This document shows positions 11,799 through 24,100 of a stretch of 64,000 nucleotides of DNA, one piece after another. The position numbers and the translations under genes are program-made. The notes below the pieces were generated by a model, which did no database searches, was not told the origin of the DNA, and saw nothing but the letters and a program-made list of their open reading frames with translations. Source of the DNA: Squalus acanthias (lineage: Eukaryota). The stretch spans positions 131,440,001 through 131,504,000 of the forward strand of contig CM059434.1 in the NCBI GenBank assembly GCA_030390025.1, read 5' to 3'. Each line of letters starts with the position of its first letter. Within the stretch, counting starts at the first letter, position 1.

Positions 11799-12129
11799 TT
11801 ACGCAGTGGGAAAGCGGTCTTCCCAGCCCAGTTTGCTTTGCAGTTTCCGAATCTTCTCCTTTATTGTGTCTACCTTTGTCTTTGTGTTTTGATTGGCTAT
11901 ATAGCTCTTGCCTTCTTCAAAGTCCTTCAGTATGGTTTCCAGTAGGACTGTAAGCCACGCCCTATCATACTGTGCTGATTCGCCCATGACCTCTTCAATT
12001 TGTTTATCAACATGATCCAGGAGTTCTTCATCTTCTACAATATAAGTAGTGATCTTCAGACTAGGATGGTGCTCTTTGAGTTGCTGAATATTTCTCTGAC
12101 CACGCTCACCAAATCTGTTTCCACATAAA
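11799..12129 (-). CDS. Coding exon 8: last LRR, C-terminal helical cap and stop
   Basis: Acceptor gttttcag. LCGNRFGERGQRNIQQL...YDRAWLTVLLETILKDFEE...KLGWEDRFPTA*. In frame with ORF 11799..11987. Confidence 0.88.
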
Positions 12130-15100
12130 CTGAAAACGACAAAAGCAATTTAGTTGTGAAAAGCCTTAAACATAGACAAGTCTTTCCGTATTGGCTCTGT
12201 GTTCATTTACTGTCAACATGAAGAGGTGAAGTTACACAGTGGATTATTTAACCAAACTCAGTATATACAGTATGTATATACTGAAATGTTATTTACTTGT
12301 ATAATTCTCTGCATTACTCAGAGCCAATTCCAATTTCTTTTCAGTCTCAATTTTTTGAATTTTCTCTCCTTAGGACTCGTGTGTGTCATTCATGGACATT
12401 GTCAGTCCTGTCCAGTTGGCTCTTCTTAATGTGTGAATTGAGACAGCGAGGTAGGTTTTGTGAGCTTGCTCTCCCAGTATTGAGCCACACTCGAAGGGAG
12501 TGGGGGTCAGAGAAAGAATCACAACATTGTAGCCCTAATTATCTGACCCACGGCCCCTTTGAGTGCAGGTGTAAGCTAGGAGCACACAGCCATGCAGCTC
12601 CACGCTAGGAGCCCACAATTGCAGAATTTAACCTCGTGAGTCTTGGCAAGCTATTTAACCATGGGAGGCATTATAATTGACCCCATGCTGTCCCTGGTCA
12701 ATGTCCACATGTGTATCAAGGAACAACCCAGCATGGAGAGAGTTTGGAGCTGGTGAGCTTCACCTCAGGGAGAGACACCATATCTGGAAACATTTCCAAG
12801 TGCAGAAACCTCCCCAAGTCCTGAAGGTAACCAAACAAAAACCTCAAAGGAATTTCAAGGAAAATTGGGTGCGATGTATATAAAGGGCGGCTGATCCACT
12901 ATTGCCCCTTTTTGGGCCACCACTGCAGTTGGATTTCACCCCCAGTGTCTGCCCATTTTCCATCCCTTTGAAGGAGAGGCCAACTCAAGCTGAGGTGATC
13001 TAAATTAAGCAAAGGTTGTGTAGTCGTGAGTTAAGCTGAAATTATCAACATGAGACAATTGTGATTTCAGTTTAGTTTAATTTCCATCCCAAGTGGCATC
13101 AAGCCAATTCCCTGGGGAAGGAAATGAGCCCTGCTTCCCTTTGGAGATGCACTGGCCTCACACAACTAGCGCATAGCAAGAAAGAGGCTGGAGATAGAGC
13201 GGTAGAAAAAAGAAGACATATTGAGCTGAGGGAGGGAGGGAATATCCGGGAAACAGTACAGAATGGGATGAAAAGAAAAAGGGGACGAAAGGCCGAGGTG
13301 AAAGACAATCAAAGGCACAGAAAGATGATGAGTAAGTAACGAGTGGATTTTAATTATGCAATTCATCACAGGCATTTGTAGGGAGCAAAATCAAAAACTG
13401 GCAACCTAAGGGACAGGATGGTGCAATAGGTTGGACATTGACATTTCATCTCTAGGAGCTCGGTTTAAATCCAACATAAACAACAAACTGATTTCAGACT
13501 TACTGCAGGGTCTCAATGGTTTCATTGTGTGTCAGACACTGACTCATCTTCTCTGTGTCTTCATCAGTGATTTCATTATGGTACAGGTAAAGGGATTTTA
13601 AACTTCTGTTACTTTTGAGTGCTTCGAACAACAGCTGAGCTCCTCTGGATTTAAGGGCATTCGTTCCAATTCTAAAAAGACACAAGAGCAGAACTGTCAT
13701 GGCTTGTACTTTCCTTCAAAATCGATACAATCTTTTTGTTCTTTATTAATAGACGTTACACATTAGAAATACTTACGACAACTTTTCAACAACACAATCT
13801 TTTCCTTTGAGAATGTCACTGAAAACCTTGGCTGATTCCTCGGTCAGCTTGTTTGAGCTTACCCTGCAACAGAGGATGAAGACAATTTGAATGAGGGTTA
13901 AATTAAAATGTTGTATGCTCCAATCTAAGCTAGAGAAGTTTGAGTTTCAGACGTGTATGTTCTGAGGATCTGTAACCTCACAGTTAAGAAAGGCTGTGGT
14001 AAAGAATTCGCTTGGTAAAGAATTTCAGAACCTTGGCGAAACAATGTTTGTATCGCACAATGGACAAACTATCTGCAGAAACACGCAATGGAGGATGCAA
14101 ATCCTCTTCCATAATATTCCAAACTTTCAGGTTTGCAGGAGATGGCCAGGAATGAAAAGCCAATGCAGCACGCACAACCTCATGGTAACTGGTTCTATCC
14201 TCCATCACTCGTTTGATGTTGTTTTCTTCTCAACTACATTATGTCACTGTCCAAACTCCTTGCTGGAATTGGTCTGGCACATCAGACTACTTGGGTTCTT
14301 TTCCATTGTATTTCACCTCCTTTACTATCACCAGAAGCTTTGTTTATTATCTGGTCTTGACCACTGGAGACGCCTCTCTCACTGAAGATCTTCTTTGTGT
14401 TTCTGTACAGCACCTAACACCTTCTCAAACCTCAGCCTGCTGGTACCATCGTCATTTCCTACCAGTCTGCACATCTGACTGTCCGGATCTATGAGCCTGA
14501 TAGCTCTTAAAACATCCAAATGCCATTCTCACTTTGCCCATTTTATACTATAGAGAAACGAAAGGCAACTCCAGCTTGCCCATTGCCACATACCAGTTTG
14601 CAGTTCAGAAGCACCTGTTCACCTCCAGCCATCTCTGGGTCATCTTACTAATCTTTCCTTAAGTTTCTTGACACAACAAGCTGTTGACTTCATACACCAG
14701 GAGAACCCGCACAGTTTGGAATTAGGAAGCAACGTGTGAGCTAATAACATCTCAGAGCATTCAGATAATATGACCATGGGACTGAAACTAGTGATATAGG
14801 CTGATCATAGAATAATACAGCACAGAAGGAGGCCATTTGGCTCACTGTGCCTGTACCAGCTCTTTGAAATAGCTATCCAATTAGTCCCACAATATTCCAG
14901 CTGGGGTCTAACCAGTGATTTATAAAGGTTTGGCATAACTTCTTTCCTTTTGTACTCAATGCCTCTATTTATAAAGGCAAGGGTCCCAAATGCTGCTGCT
15001 TTTTTTTTTAAACAGCCTTCTCAACTTGTCCTGCCAACTTCAAAGATTTGTGTATGTAAACCCCTGGTTTTGGTCTCCTTATCTGAGAAAGGACATACAT

Positions 15101-18100
15101 GCCTTAGAGGCAGTGCACTAGATTGATCCCTGGGATGAGAGGGTTGTCCTATGAGGAGATATTGAGTAGATTGGGCCTATACTCTCTGGAGTTTAGAAGA
15201 ATGAGAGGCGATCTCATTGAAACATAAGATTCTGAGGGGGATTGATAGGGTAGATGCTGAGAGATTGTTTCCCCTGGCTGGAGTGTCTAGAACTAGGGGG
15301 CACAGTCTCAGGATAAGGGGTCGGCCATTTAAGACTGAGATGAGGTGGAATTTCTTCACTCAGAGGGTTGTGAATCTTTGGAATTCTCTGCGGGCTGTGG
15401 ATGCTCGATTGTTGAGTATATTCAAGGCTGAGATAGATAGATCTTTGGACTCTAGGGAAATCAAGAGATATGGGGATCGGGCAGGAAAGTGGAGTTGAGG
15501 TCGATGATCAGCCATGATCTTATTGAATAGCAGAGCAGGCTCGAGGGGCCGTAGAGCCCACTCCTGCTCCTATATATTTTCTTGTGTCTTCCAGCCCTCC
15601 AAAAGCTCTGCGTTCCTCCAACTCTGGCCTCTTGTGCACCCCCAACTTTGCCCCAACATTGACGGCCGTGCCTTCAGCCCTCTAGCCCCAAAGCTCTGCA
15701 ATTCCCTCCCTAAACCTCTCTGCCGCTTCACTTCTCTCACCTCCTTTAAGATGCTGCTTAAAACCTACCTCTTTGACCAAGCTTTTGGTCACCTGTTACA
15801 ATGTCTCCCTCTTTGGTTCTGTTCAATTTTTGTCTGATTATTTTCCAGTGAAGTGCCTTGGGATGTTTTACTACGTTAAAGGTGCTATGTAAATGCAAGT
15901 TATTACTGTAGTTGTTTTTACTCACAAGATATGCTTGCTGCTCCGTAACACCTCCTTGAGCTGTTTAATTCCTTCATCCCCCAAGGCACAGAGTCTTAAA
16001 TCCAATTCTTCCACATTGGAATGACTGAGACAGTAGCATAAAGCAGAGATGTCTAGTGGGCTCAGAGAAATGTTTAAAAGCTCTACACGTTTGATATGAG
16101 GAGATACTTCTGCTGTTACAGTTGGATCATGCAGTTCAAAAAGACAACGCATTAAATTCAGCAACTCTGACGTCTTAATGTCTCGCTCGAGACAGTTTTT
16201 GAACCAGGTCACGAGAGCTCTGGCTGTAGAATGAGTGAGAGGAGCTGTACAGTTCCACAACTTGCCGTCTCTTCCTGCTGTTAAGGAGCCCATGAGAAGC
16301 CTGGTGAAATTGTACAGTTTCTCGGTGTGTTTGGGCTGAAATGGTTGCAGATAAAATTGGCTTTTTTGATTCTGTGGCGTTTTCCCAAAACACCAAAGAT
16401 CCAGACATTTGACCAACTCTTGAGCATCATCATTCAGTGAAGTCGCACAATACAAAGCTGCAAACTGTTCCTTCAGCACAACATGGTAGAACTCAAAGAT
16501 ACTTTGGCCTTTACACTTCTTTTCCAAGATAAGATTTGAGAAATACTTTGAAAGAACTTCTGGGTCTATTTCATAGGCATCCAGATCAGCTTTCTTCATT
16601 TCAAGTGTCCCTGACAGCAGGTTGTTGAAGGACAGTTCCCCCACTTTCAGGACAGTGTCTTGAAGCACTTTGTTTTTCTGGTCAATCTCAGATTTATCAA
16701 TAGCGATCACCATCTCTTCAGATGAATGTGCAGAACAAGGCGAACTGCAGTTAAACAGGCTGTAAAGGAACAGCAAGAACACTTTGCTGTGCGTCAGTGG
16801 CATTTTTGCCAACGCCTCAGGACAGCAGTCCAAAATATTGCACAGGATGTAGCTGTTGAGGGGATTAGAAGCCAGGCAGGTGATGGTCTCATTTTCTGTA
16901 AAGTGTTTATACATTTCTGCTGCCTTTTCCTTTTCCGGATAGAACACTTCACAATATTGTTTCAACTGATCATTGGTAAACCCGGAGATAATAAGGATGC
17001 AATCAAAATACTTCTTGTTAGATTCTGCCTGCTGGCTATTCCATCGGGAGGTAACCAATACCTGTGCTGCTGGAAGGAGATCCCTGGAAATTATTTTGGA
17101 CACAAGAACATTTACTTCAGCCTCAGTGTCCATGTTAAAATCACCGACCGGTGGATCCCATCGCAACTGATGGCTGAATTCATCCAGTCCATCCAAAATG
17201 ATCAGCACATCATGAGGGTTACAGAGAAGTTCCGTTAGGACTGAAGACAGTGGCTCGCAGTGCTTCTTGAGCAGTTTCCGTAGAGTGGTCTTTCCTTCAA
17301 CCCCATTTAAGTCGGAGAATCTGAAAACAATGACACACTTAAACTGCAGCTCATTTGAATTTGATGCCCATTCTTGTTGAATCATATTCACTGCCCAGCT
17401 TTTACCCGCTGCCACATCTCCCACCAGCAAGGTTCGATTTGAGAGGCACTTTTCACTCTGGACCAAAGACAGCAGTTGTGTTGGCTGGATTTCTGTGGCT
17501 TTATCTGATTCTGTGCTTTTGCTGATAGCTTGAATTCTGTTTTCCTTTGGGTACAGAACACTTATACTTCGACTCAGGCTGCTGTAACACCTGGGAATGC
17601 TGCCATTCAATGTTCCTATTTCTTCAGCAGGAATTTTCAAGATGCCATCTTTGTAATGTTGAATGGCAGCTGAAAGCAAAATAGATTTGAAAGTTTATTT
17701 TCCCACAACAACACACTTGTATTTATATAGCGCCTTTAACGTAGTAAAACGTCCCAAGGCGCTTCACAGCACTGTTGTAAAACAACATTTGACACCGAGC
17801 CACATAAGGAGATATTAGGGCAGAAAACTTGGTCAAAGAGGTAGGTTTTAAGGAGCGTCTTAAAGGAGGAAAGAGAGGTAGAGAGGCGGAGAGGTTTAGG
17901 GAGGGAATTCCAGAGCTTAGGGCCTTGGCAGCTGAAGGCACGGCCACCAATTGTGGTGCGATTAAAATCGGGGATGCTCAAGAGGCCAGAATTAGAGGAG
18001 CACAGATATCTCGGGGGGTTGTGGGGCTGGAGGAGATTACAGAGGTAAGGAGGGGCGATGGAGGGATTTGAAAACAAGGATGATAATTTTAAAATCGAGG

Positions 18101-21100
18101 TGTTGCTTAGCCAGGAGCCAATGCAGGTCAGCGAGCACGGGTGATGGGTGAACGGGACTTGGTGCGAGTTAGGACACGGGCAGCAGAGTTTTGGATGAAT
18201 TCAAGTTTACGGAGGGTAGAATGAGGGAGTGCGTTGGAATAGTCAAGTCTAGAGATAACAAAGGCATGGATGAGGGTTTCAGCAGCGGATGAGCTGAGGC
18301 AGGGGCGGAGTCGGGCGATGTTATGGAGAGAGTTGGCTAAAGTGGACTGGGAAAATAGATTAGAAGGTAGAAAAGCAGTGGCAGTCATTTAAAGAGATAT
18401 TTCATGACTCTCAACAAAGATATATTTCAGTGAGAAAGAAAGACTCGAAGAGAAGGATGAACCATGGCTAAACAAGGAAGTTAAGGATGGTATCAAATTG
18501 AAAGAAAAGGCATACAATGTTGCAAAGATTAGTGGTAGGCCAGAAGATTGGGAACATTTTAGAAACCAGTAAAGGATGACTAAAAAAATAATAAAGAGGG
18601 AGAAAATAGCTTATGAGCGTAAACTAGCAAGAAATATAAAAACTGACAGTAAGGACTTCTACAAGTATATAAAAAGGAAGAGAGTAGCTAAAGTAAATGT
18701 TGGTCCCTTAGAGGACGAGACTGGGGAAATAATAATGGGAAACAAGGAAATGGCAGAGGCATTGAACAAATATTTTGTATCTGTCTTCACAGTAGAGGAC
18801 ACTAAAAACATCCCAGTAATAGTAGGAAATCAAGGAGCAAAAGGGAGGGAGGAACTTAAAACAATCACTATCACTGGAGAAAAAGTGCTCGGCAAACTTA
18901 TGGGTCTAAAGGCTGACAAGTCCCCTGGACCCGATGGCCTGCATTCGCGTCTCTTAAAAGAAATGGCTACAGAGATAGTGGATGCACTGGTTGTAATCTT
19001 CCAAAATTTCCTTGACTCTGGAAAAGTCCCAGCGGATTGGAAAACTGCAAATGTAACACCCTTATTCAAAAAAGGAGGGAGACAGAAAGCAGGAAACTAT
19101 AGGCCAGTTAGCCTAACATCTGTCATTGGCAAAATGCTTGAATCCATTATTAAGGAAGTAGTAGCAGGGCATTTAGAAAATCATAATACAATCAATCAGA
19201 GTCAATATGGTTTTATGAAAGGGAAATCGTGTTTGACAAATCTATTAGAGTTCTTTGAGGAGGTAACGAGCAGGGTGGATAAAGGGGAACCAGTAGATGT
19301 AGTGTATTTGGATTTCCAAAAGGCATTCGACAAGGTGCCACATAAAAGGTTACTGCACAAGATAAGAGCTCATGGTGTTGGGGGTATTTTACTAGATTGG
19401 ATAGAAGATTGGCTAACTAACAGAAAACAGAGAGTCAGGATAAATGGGTCATTTTCAGGATGGCAATCTGTAACTAGTGGGGTGCCACAGGGATCAGTGC
19501 TGGGGCCTCAACTATTTTCAATCTATATTAATGACTTGGATGAAGGGAGCGAGTGTATTGTAGCCAAATTTGCGGTCGATACAAAGATAGGTGGGAAAGC
19601 AAGTTGTGAGGAGGACATAAAGAGTCTGCAAAGGGATATAGATAGGTTAAGTGAGTGGGCAAGAATTTGGCAGATGGAGTATAATGTGGGAAAATGTGAA
19701 GTTATCCACTTTGGTAGGAAGAATAGAAAAGAAAAATATTATTTAAATGGAGAAAGACTACAGAATGTGCCGGTACAGAGGGATCTGGGTGTCCTCGTAC
19801 ATGAAACACAAAAAGTTAACATGCAGGTGCAGCAAGTAATTAGGAAGGCAAATGGAATGTTGGCCTTTATTTCAAGGGGGATAGAGTATAAAAGTAGGGA
19901 AGTCTTGCTACAACTGTACAGGGCGCTGGTGAGACCACACCTGGAGTACTGCGTACAGTTTTGGTTCCCTTATTTAAGGAGGGATATACTTGCATTGGAG
20001 GCAGTTCAGAGAAGGTTCACTAGGTTGATTCCTGGGATGGAAGGGTTGTCTTATGAGGAAAGGTTGAGCAGGTTGGGCCTATACTCATTGGAGTTTAGAA
20101 GAATGAGAGGTGATCTTATTGAAACATAAGATTCTGAGGGGGTTGGACAGGGTAGATGCAGAGAGGATGTTTCCCCTCGTGGGGGAATCTAGAACCAGGG
20201 GGCATAGTTTCAGAATAAGGGGTCGCCCATTTAAGACAGAGATGAGGAGGAATTTCTTCTCTCAGAGGGTCGTGAATCTTTGGAATTCTCTACCCCAGGG
20301 AGTTGTGGAGGCGGAGTCATTGAATATATTCAAAAATGAGAAGTCGCACAACACCAGGTTATAGTCCAACAGATTTATTTAATTTTACAAGCTTTCGAGC
20401 TGTCGCTCCTTCCTCAGGTAAGTTAGCAGTGAGAGAATCTCCCAGAATTCACAATTTAAACACAGACAAAATCTATTCAAATATTTCCCTACATCAAAGA
20501 CACACTAAGAGCACAGCCAAGACAATGAGATGTGTCCCAGGGGGTCCAACGTGTCAAACCACCTGCTGGCTGCATATCCTGTCAATTTGTGTTAGTCTTT
20601 TTAAAAAAAAAAAACCCACCTGGGAAGACCGGCCATGATGTCAAGTCACGTTCTGTATCGTGACATGAACCCATGGACCAGTTGAACCAGGAACACTCCT
20701 CGTCACGATGGACGTATCGGCACTCTACACCAATATCCCCCACAATGACGGCATCGCTGCGACAGCCTCAGTACTCAACACCAACAACAGCCAATCTCCG
20801 GACGCCATCCTACAACTCATCCGCTTCATCCTTGACCACAATGTCTTCACCTTCGACAACCATTTTTTTACCCAAACACACAGAACAGCCATGGGGACCA
20901 AATTCGCACCCCAATACGCCAACATCTTCATGCACAAGTTCGAGCAAGACTTCTTCGCTGCACAGGACCTCCAACCAACGCTGTACACCAGATACATCGA
21001 CGACATCTTCTTCCTTTGGACCCACGGCGAAGGATCACTGAAAGGACTACACGATAGCATCAACAGGTTCCATCCCACCATCAAACTCACCATGGACTAC

Positions 21101-24100
21101 TCCTCAGAATCGGTTTCATTCTTGGACACACGAATCTCCATCAAAGACGGATGCCTCAGCACTTCACTCTACCGCAAGCCCACGGACAACCTCACGATGC
21201 TCCACTTCTCCAGCTTCCACCCTAACCACGTTAAAGAAGCCATCCCCTATGGACAAGCCCTGCGAATACACAGGATCTGCTCAGACGAGGAGGAACGCGA
21301 TGGACACCTACGGACACTGAAAGACGCCCTCGTAAGAACGGGATATGACGCTCGACTCGTCGATCGACAGTTCCGACGGGCCACAGCGAAAAACCGCATA
21401 GACCTCCTCAGAAGACGAACACGGGACACAACCAACAGAGTACCCTACGTCGTCCAGTACTTCCCCGGAGCGGAAAAACTACGCCATGTTCTTCGCAGCC
21501 TTCAACATGTCATCGATGACGACGAACACCTTGCTAAGGCCATCCCCACGCCTCCACTACTCGCCTTCAAGCAGCCGCCTAACCTCAAAAGTACCATCGT
21601 TCGCAGCAGATTACCCATCTTTCAGGAGAACAGCAACCAAGACACCACACAACCCTGCCACGGCAAACTCTGCAAGACATGCCAAATCATGGACACAGAT
21701 ACCATCAGCACACGTGAGGACACTACCCACCAGGTACACGGTACATACTCATGTGACTCGGCCAACGTTGTCTACCTGATACGTTGCAGTAAAGGATGCT
21801 CCAGAGCATGGTACATCGGCGAGACCATGCAGACACTGAGACAACGTATGAACGGACACCGCGCAACAATCGCCAGGCAGGAGGGTTCCCTCCCAGTCGG
21901 GGAACACTTCAGCAGCCAGGGGCATTCAGCCTCGGATCTGCGGGTAAGCATTCTCCAGGGCGGCCTTCGGGATACACGACAGCGCAAAATCATAGAGCAG
22001 AAACTGATAGCCAAGTTCCGCACTCATGAGGATGGCCTCAATCGCGATATCGGGTTCATGTCACGATACAGAACGTGACTGGACATCATGGCCGGTCTTC
22101 CCAGGTGTTTTTTTTTTTAAAAAGACTAACACAAATTGACAGGATATGCAGCCAGCAGGTGGTTTGACACGTTGGACCCCCTGGGACACATCTCATTGTC
22201 TTAGCTGTGCTCTTAGTGTGTCTTTGATGTAGGGAAATATTTGAATAGATTTTGTCTGTGTTTAAATTGTGAATTCTGGGAGATTCTCTCACTGCTAACT
22301 TACCTGAGGAAGGAGCGACAGCTCCGAAAGCTTGTAAAATTAAATAAATCTGTTGGACTATAACCTGGTGTTGTGCGACTTCTCATTTTTGTCCACGCCA
22401 GTCCAACGCCGGCATCTCCACATCATGAATATATTCAAGGCAGAGATAGACAGATTTTTGAGCAACAGGGGAGTCGAGGGTTATGGGGAGCGGGCAGGAA
22501 AGTGGAGTTGAGGACAAAATCGGATCAGCCATGATCTCATTAAATGGCGGAGCAGGCTCGAGGGGCCGAATGGCCAACTCCTGCTCCTATTTCTTATGTT
22601 CTTATGTTTTATAAAACTTTATATAATGTACATTTTTACTAAGTTTTCTAGATGATGTTGAATGAATCTTAATTGCACTGCCCAAGCAACTCATCATTGG
22701 AGTTTATGGTGGGGACCGAGCATTGCCTGCCCGACTGGGAGCCAAGTATGTCAATCTGGGAAAAAAAGACGGCACAGTGTGTGGGGGAAACCGGACTTCC
22801 CCATGACCAAAACTTCCCCCGCTCACAAAACCTGCCCCAGTAAATATCGGGGCCATAGAGTACAAAAGCAAGGAAGTTATGCTAAACCTTTATAATTCAT
22901 TGGTTGGGCCTCAGCTGGAGTATTGTGTCCAATTCTGGGAACCACTTTTAGGAAGGATGTCAAGGAGAGGGTGCAGAGGAGATTTACTGGAATGCTACCA
23001 GGGATGAGGGACTTCAGTTATGTGGAGAGACTGGAGAAGCTGGAATTGTTCTCCTTAGAGCAGAGAAGGTATAAGGGGAGATTTAATAGAGGTGTTCAAA
23101 ATCATGAAGAGTTTTGATAGAGTAAATAAGGAGATATTGTTTCCACTGGAAGAAGGGTTGGTAACCAGCGGACACAGATTTAAGGTAATTGGCAAAAGAG
23201 CCAGAGGTAAGATGAGGAGATTTTCTTTTACGCTGTGAGTTGTTGTGATCTGGAATGCACTGCCTGAAAGGGTGGAGGAAGCAGATTCAAAAATAACTTT
23301 GAAAAGGGAATTGGAACATGAGGGGGTGAAAATTACAGGGCTATGGGGAAAGAGCAGGGGAGTGGGACTAATTGGACAGCTCTTTCAAAGAGCCGGCACA
23401 GGCACGATGGGCCGAATGGCCTCCTTCTGTGCTGTAAGATTCTATGATTCTACGATTCTATTTTTTCACATTGAACGGGATGTCCCAAAGCGCTTTGTGA
23501 CCAATTAATTACTTTTGAAGTATTGTCATATGCATCAGCCGGTTTGTGGTAGGGAAACGTAATTTGTCTGGGGTATCACTTCTGGCTCAGTTGGTAGCAC
23601 TCTCGCTTCCGAGTCAGAATCTAGGCTGACACTCCAGTGTAGCTGGATGAAAAAGATCCCATGGCAGTATTCGAAGAAGAGACCGGAGGGAAACCGGAGA
23701 TCCCCCAGTTTCCTGGGCAATATTTATCCTTCAATCAACATCATTAAAATAGATTATCTGGTCATTAACTCATTGTTGTTTGTGGGAGCTTGCTGTGCGC
23801 AAATTGACTTCCGCATTTCCTGAATTACAACAGTGACTACACTTCAGAAAGTCTCTCATTGGCTCTAAAGTGCTTTGTGACATCCCGAGGTCTTGAAAGG
23901 CGCTATATAAATGCAAGTTCTTTCTTTCTAATCTAAGCACAGACAGACTAACATTGAAACAACACTTTATCGCATTTCTCAGAAGCATCTCAAGGGTTTA
24001 CTTCAAAATACTGTGATTATTGTTATGTAGAGAAATGATTCAGCCATTTTGTGCCCAGCAAGATCCCACAAATAGCAAAGAGGTGAAAGGCCAGTAGATC

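Larger units (their letters stand above)
20334..22425 (+). mobile_element. Penelope-like retroelement, 5'-truncated, with inverted 5' terminal repeat
   Basis: TSD tgaatatattcaa at 20321-20333 and 22426-22438. 20334-20640 is the reverse complement of about 22085-22390. Confidence 0.92.
18328..22610 (+). mobile_element. CR1 LINE, 5'-truncated and inactive, interrupted by Penelope at 20334-22425
   Basis: RT ORF 18576..20129 (PGPDG, YLDFQKAFD, GVPQGSVLGP). The catalytic FADD is mutated to FAVD. The 3' end resumes at 22439. Confidence 0.92.

Noticed and set aside
11799-17669. Assigning the symbol NLRX1, NLRC3 or NOD2
   Set aside because: The similarity is family-level only and the N-terminal architecture differs. 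Orthology needs a phylogeny.
15922-17679. Stand-alone 585-aa NLR starting MLSAAIQ
   Set aside because: The called start is a TTG inside the polypyrimidine tract of a splice acceptor, and the called stop lies within the donor. This is an internal exon.
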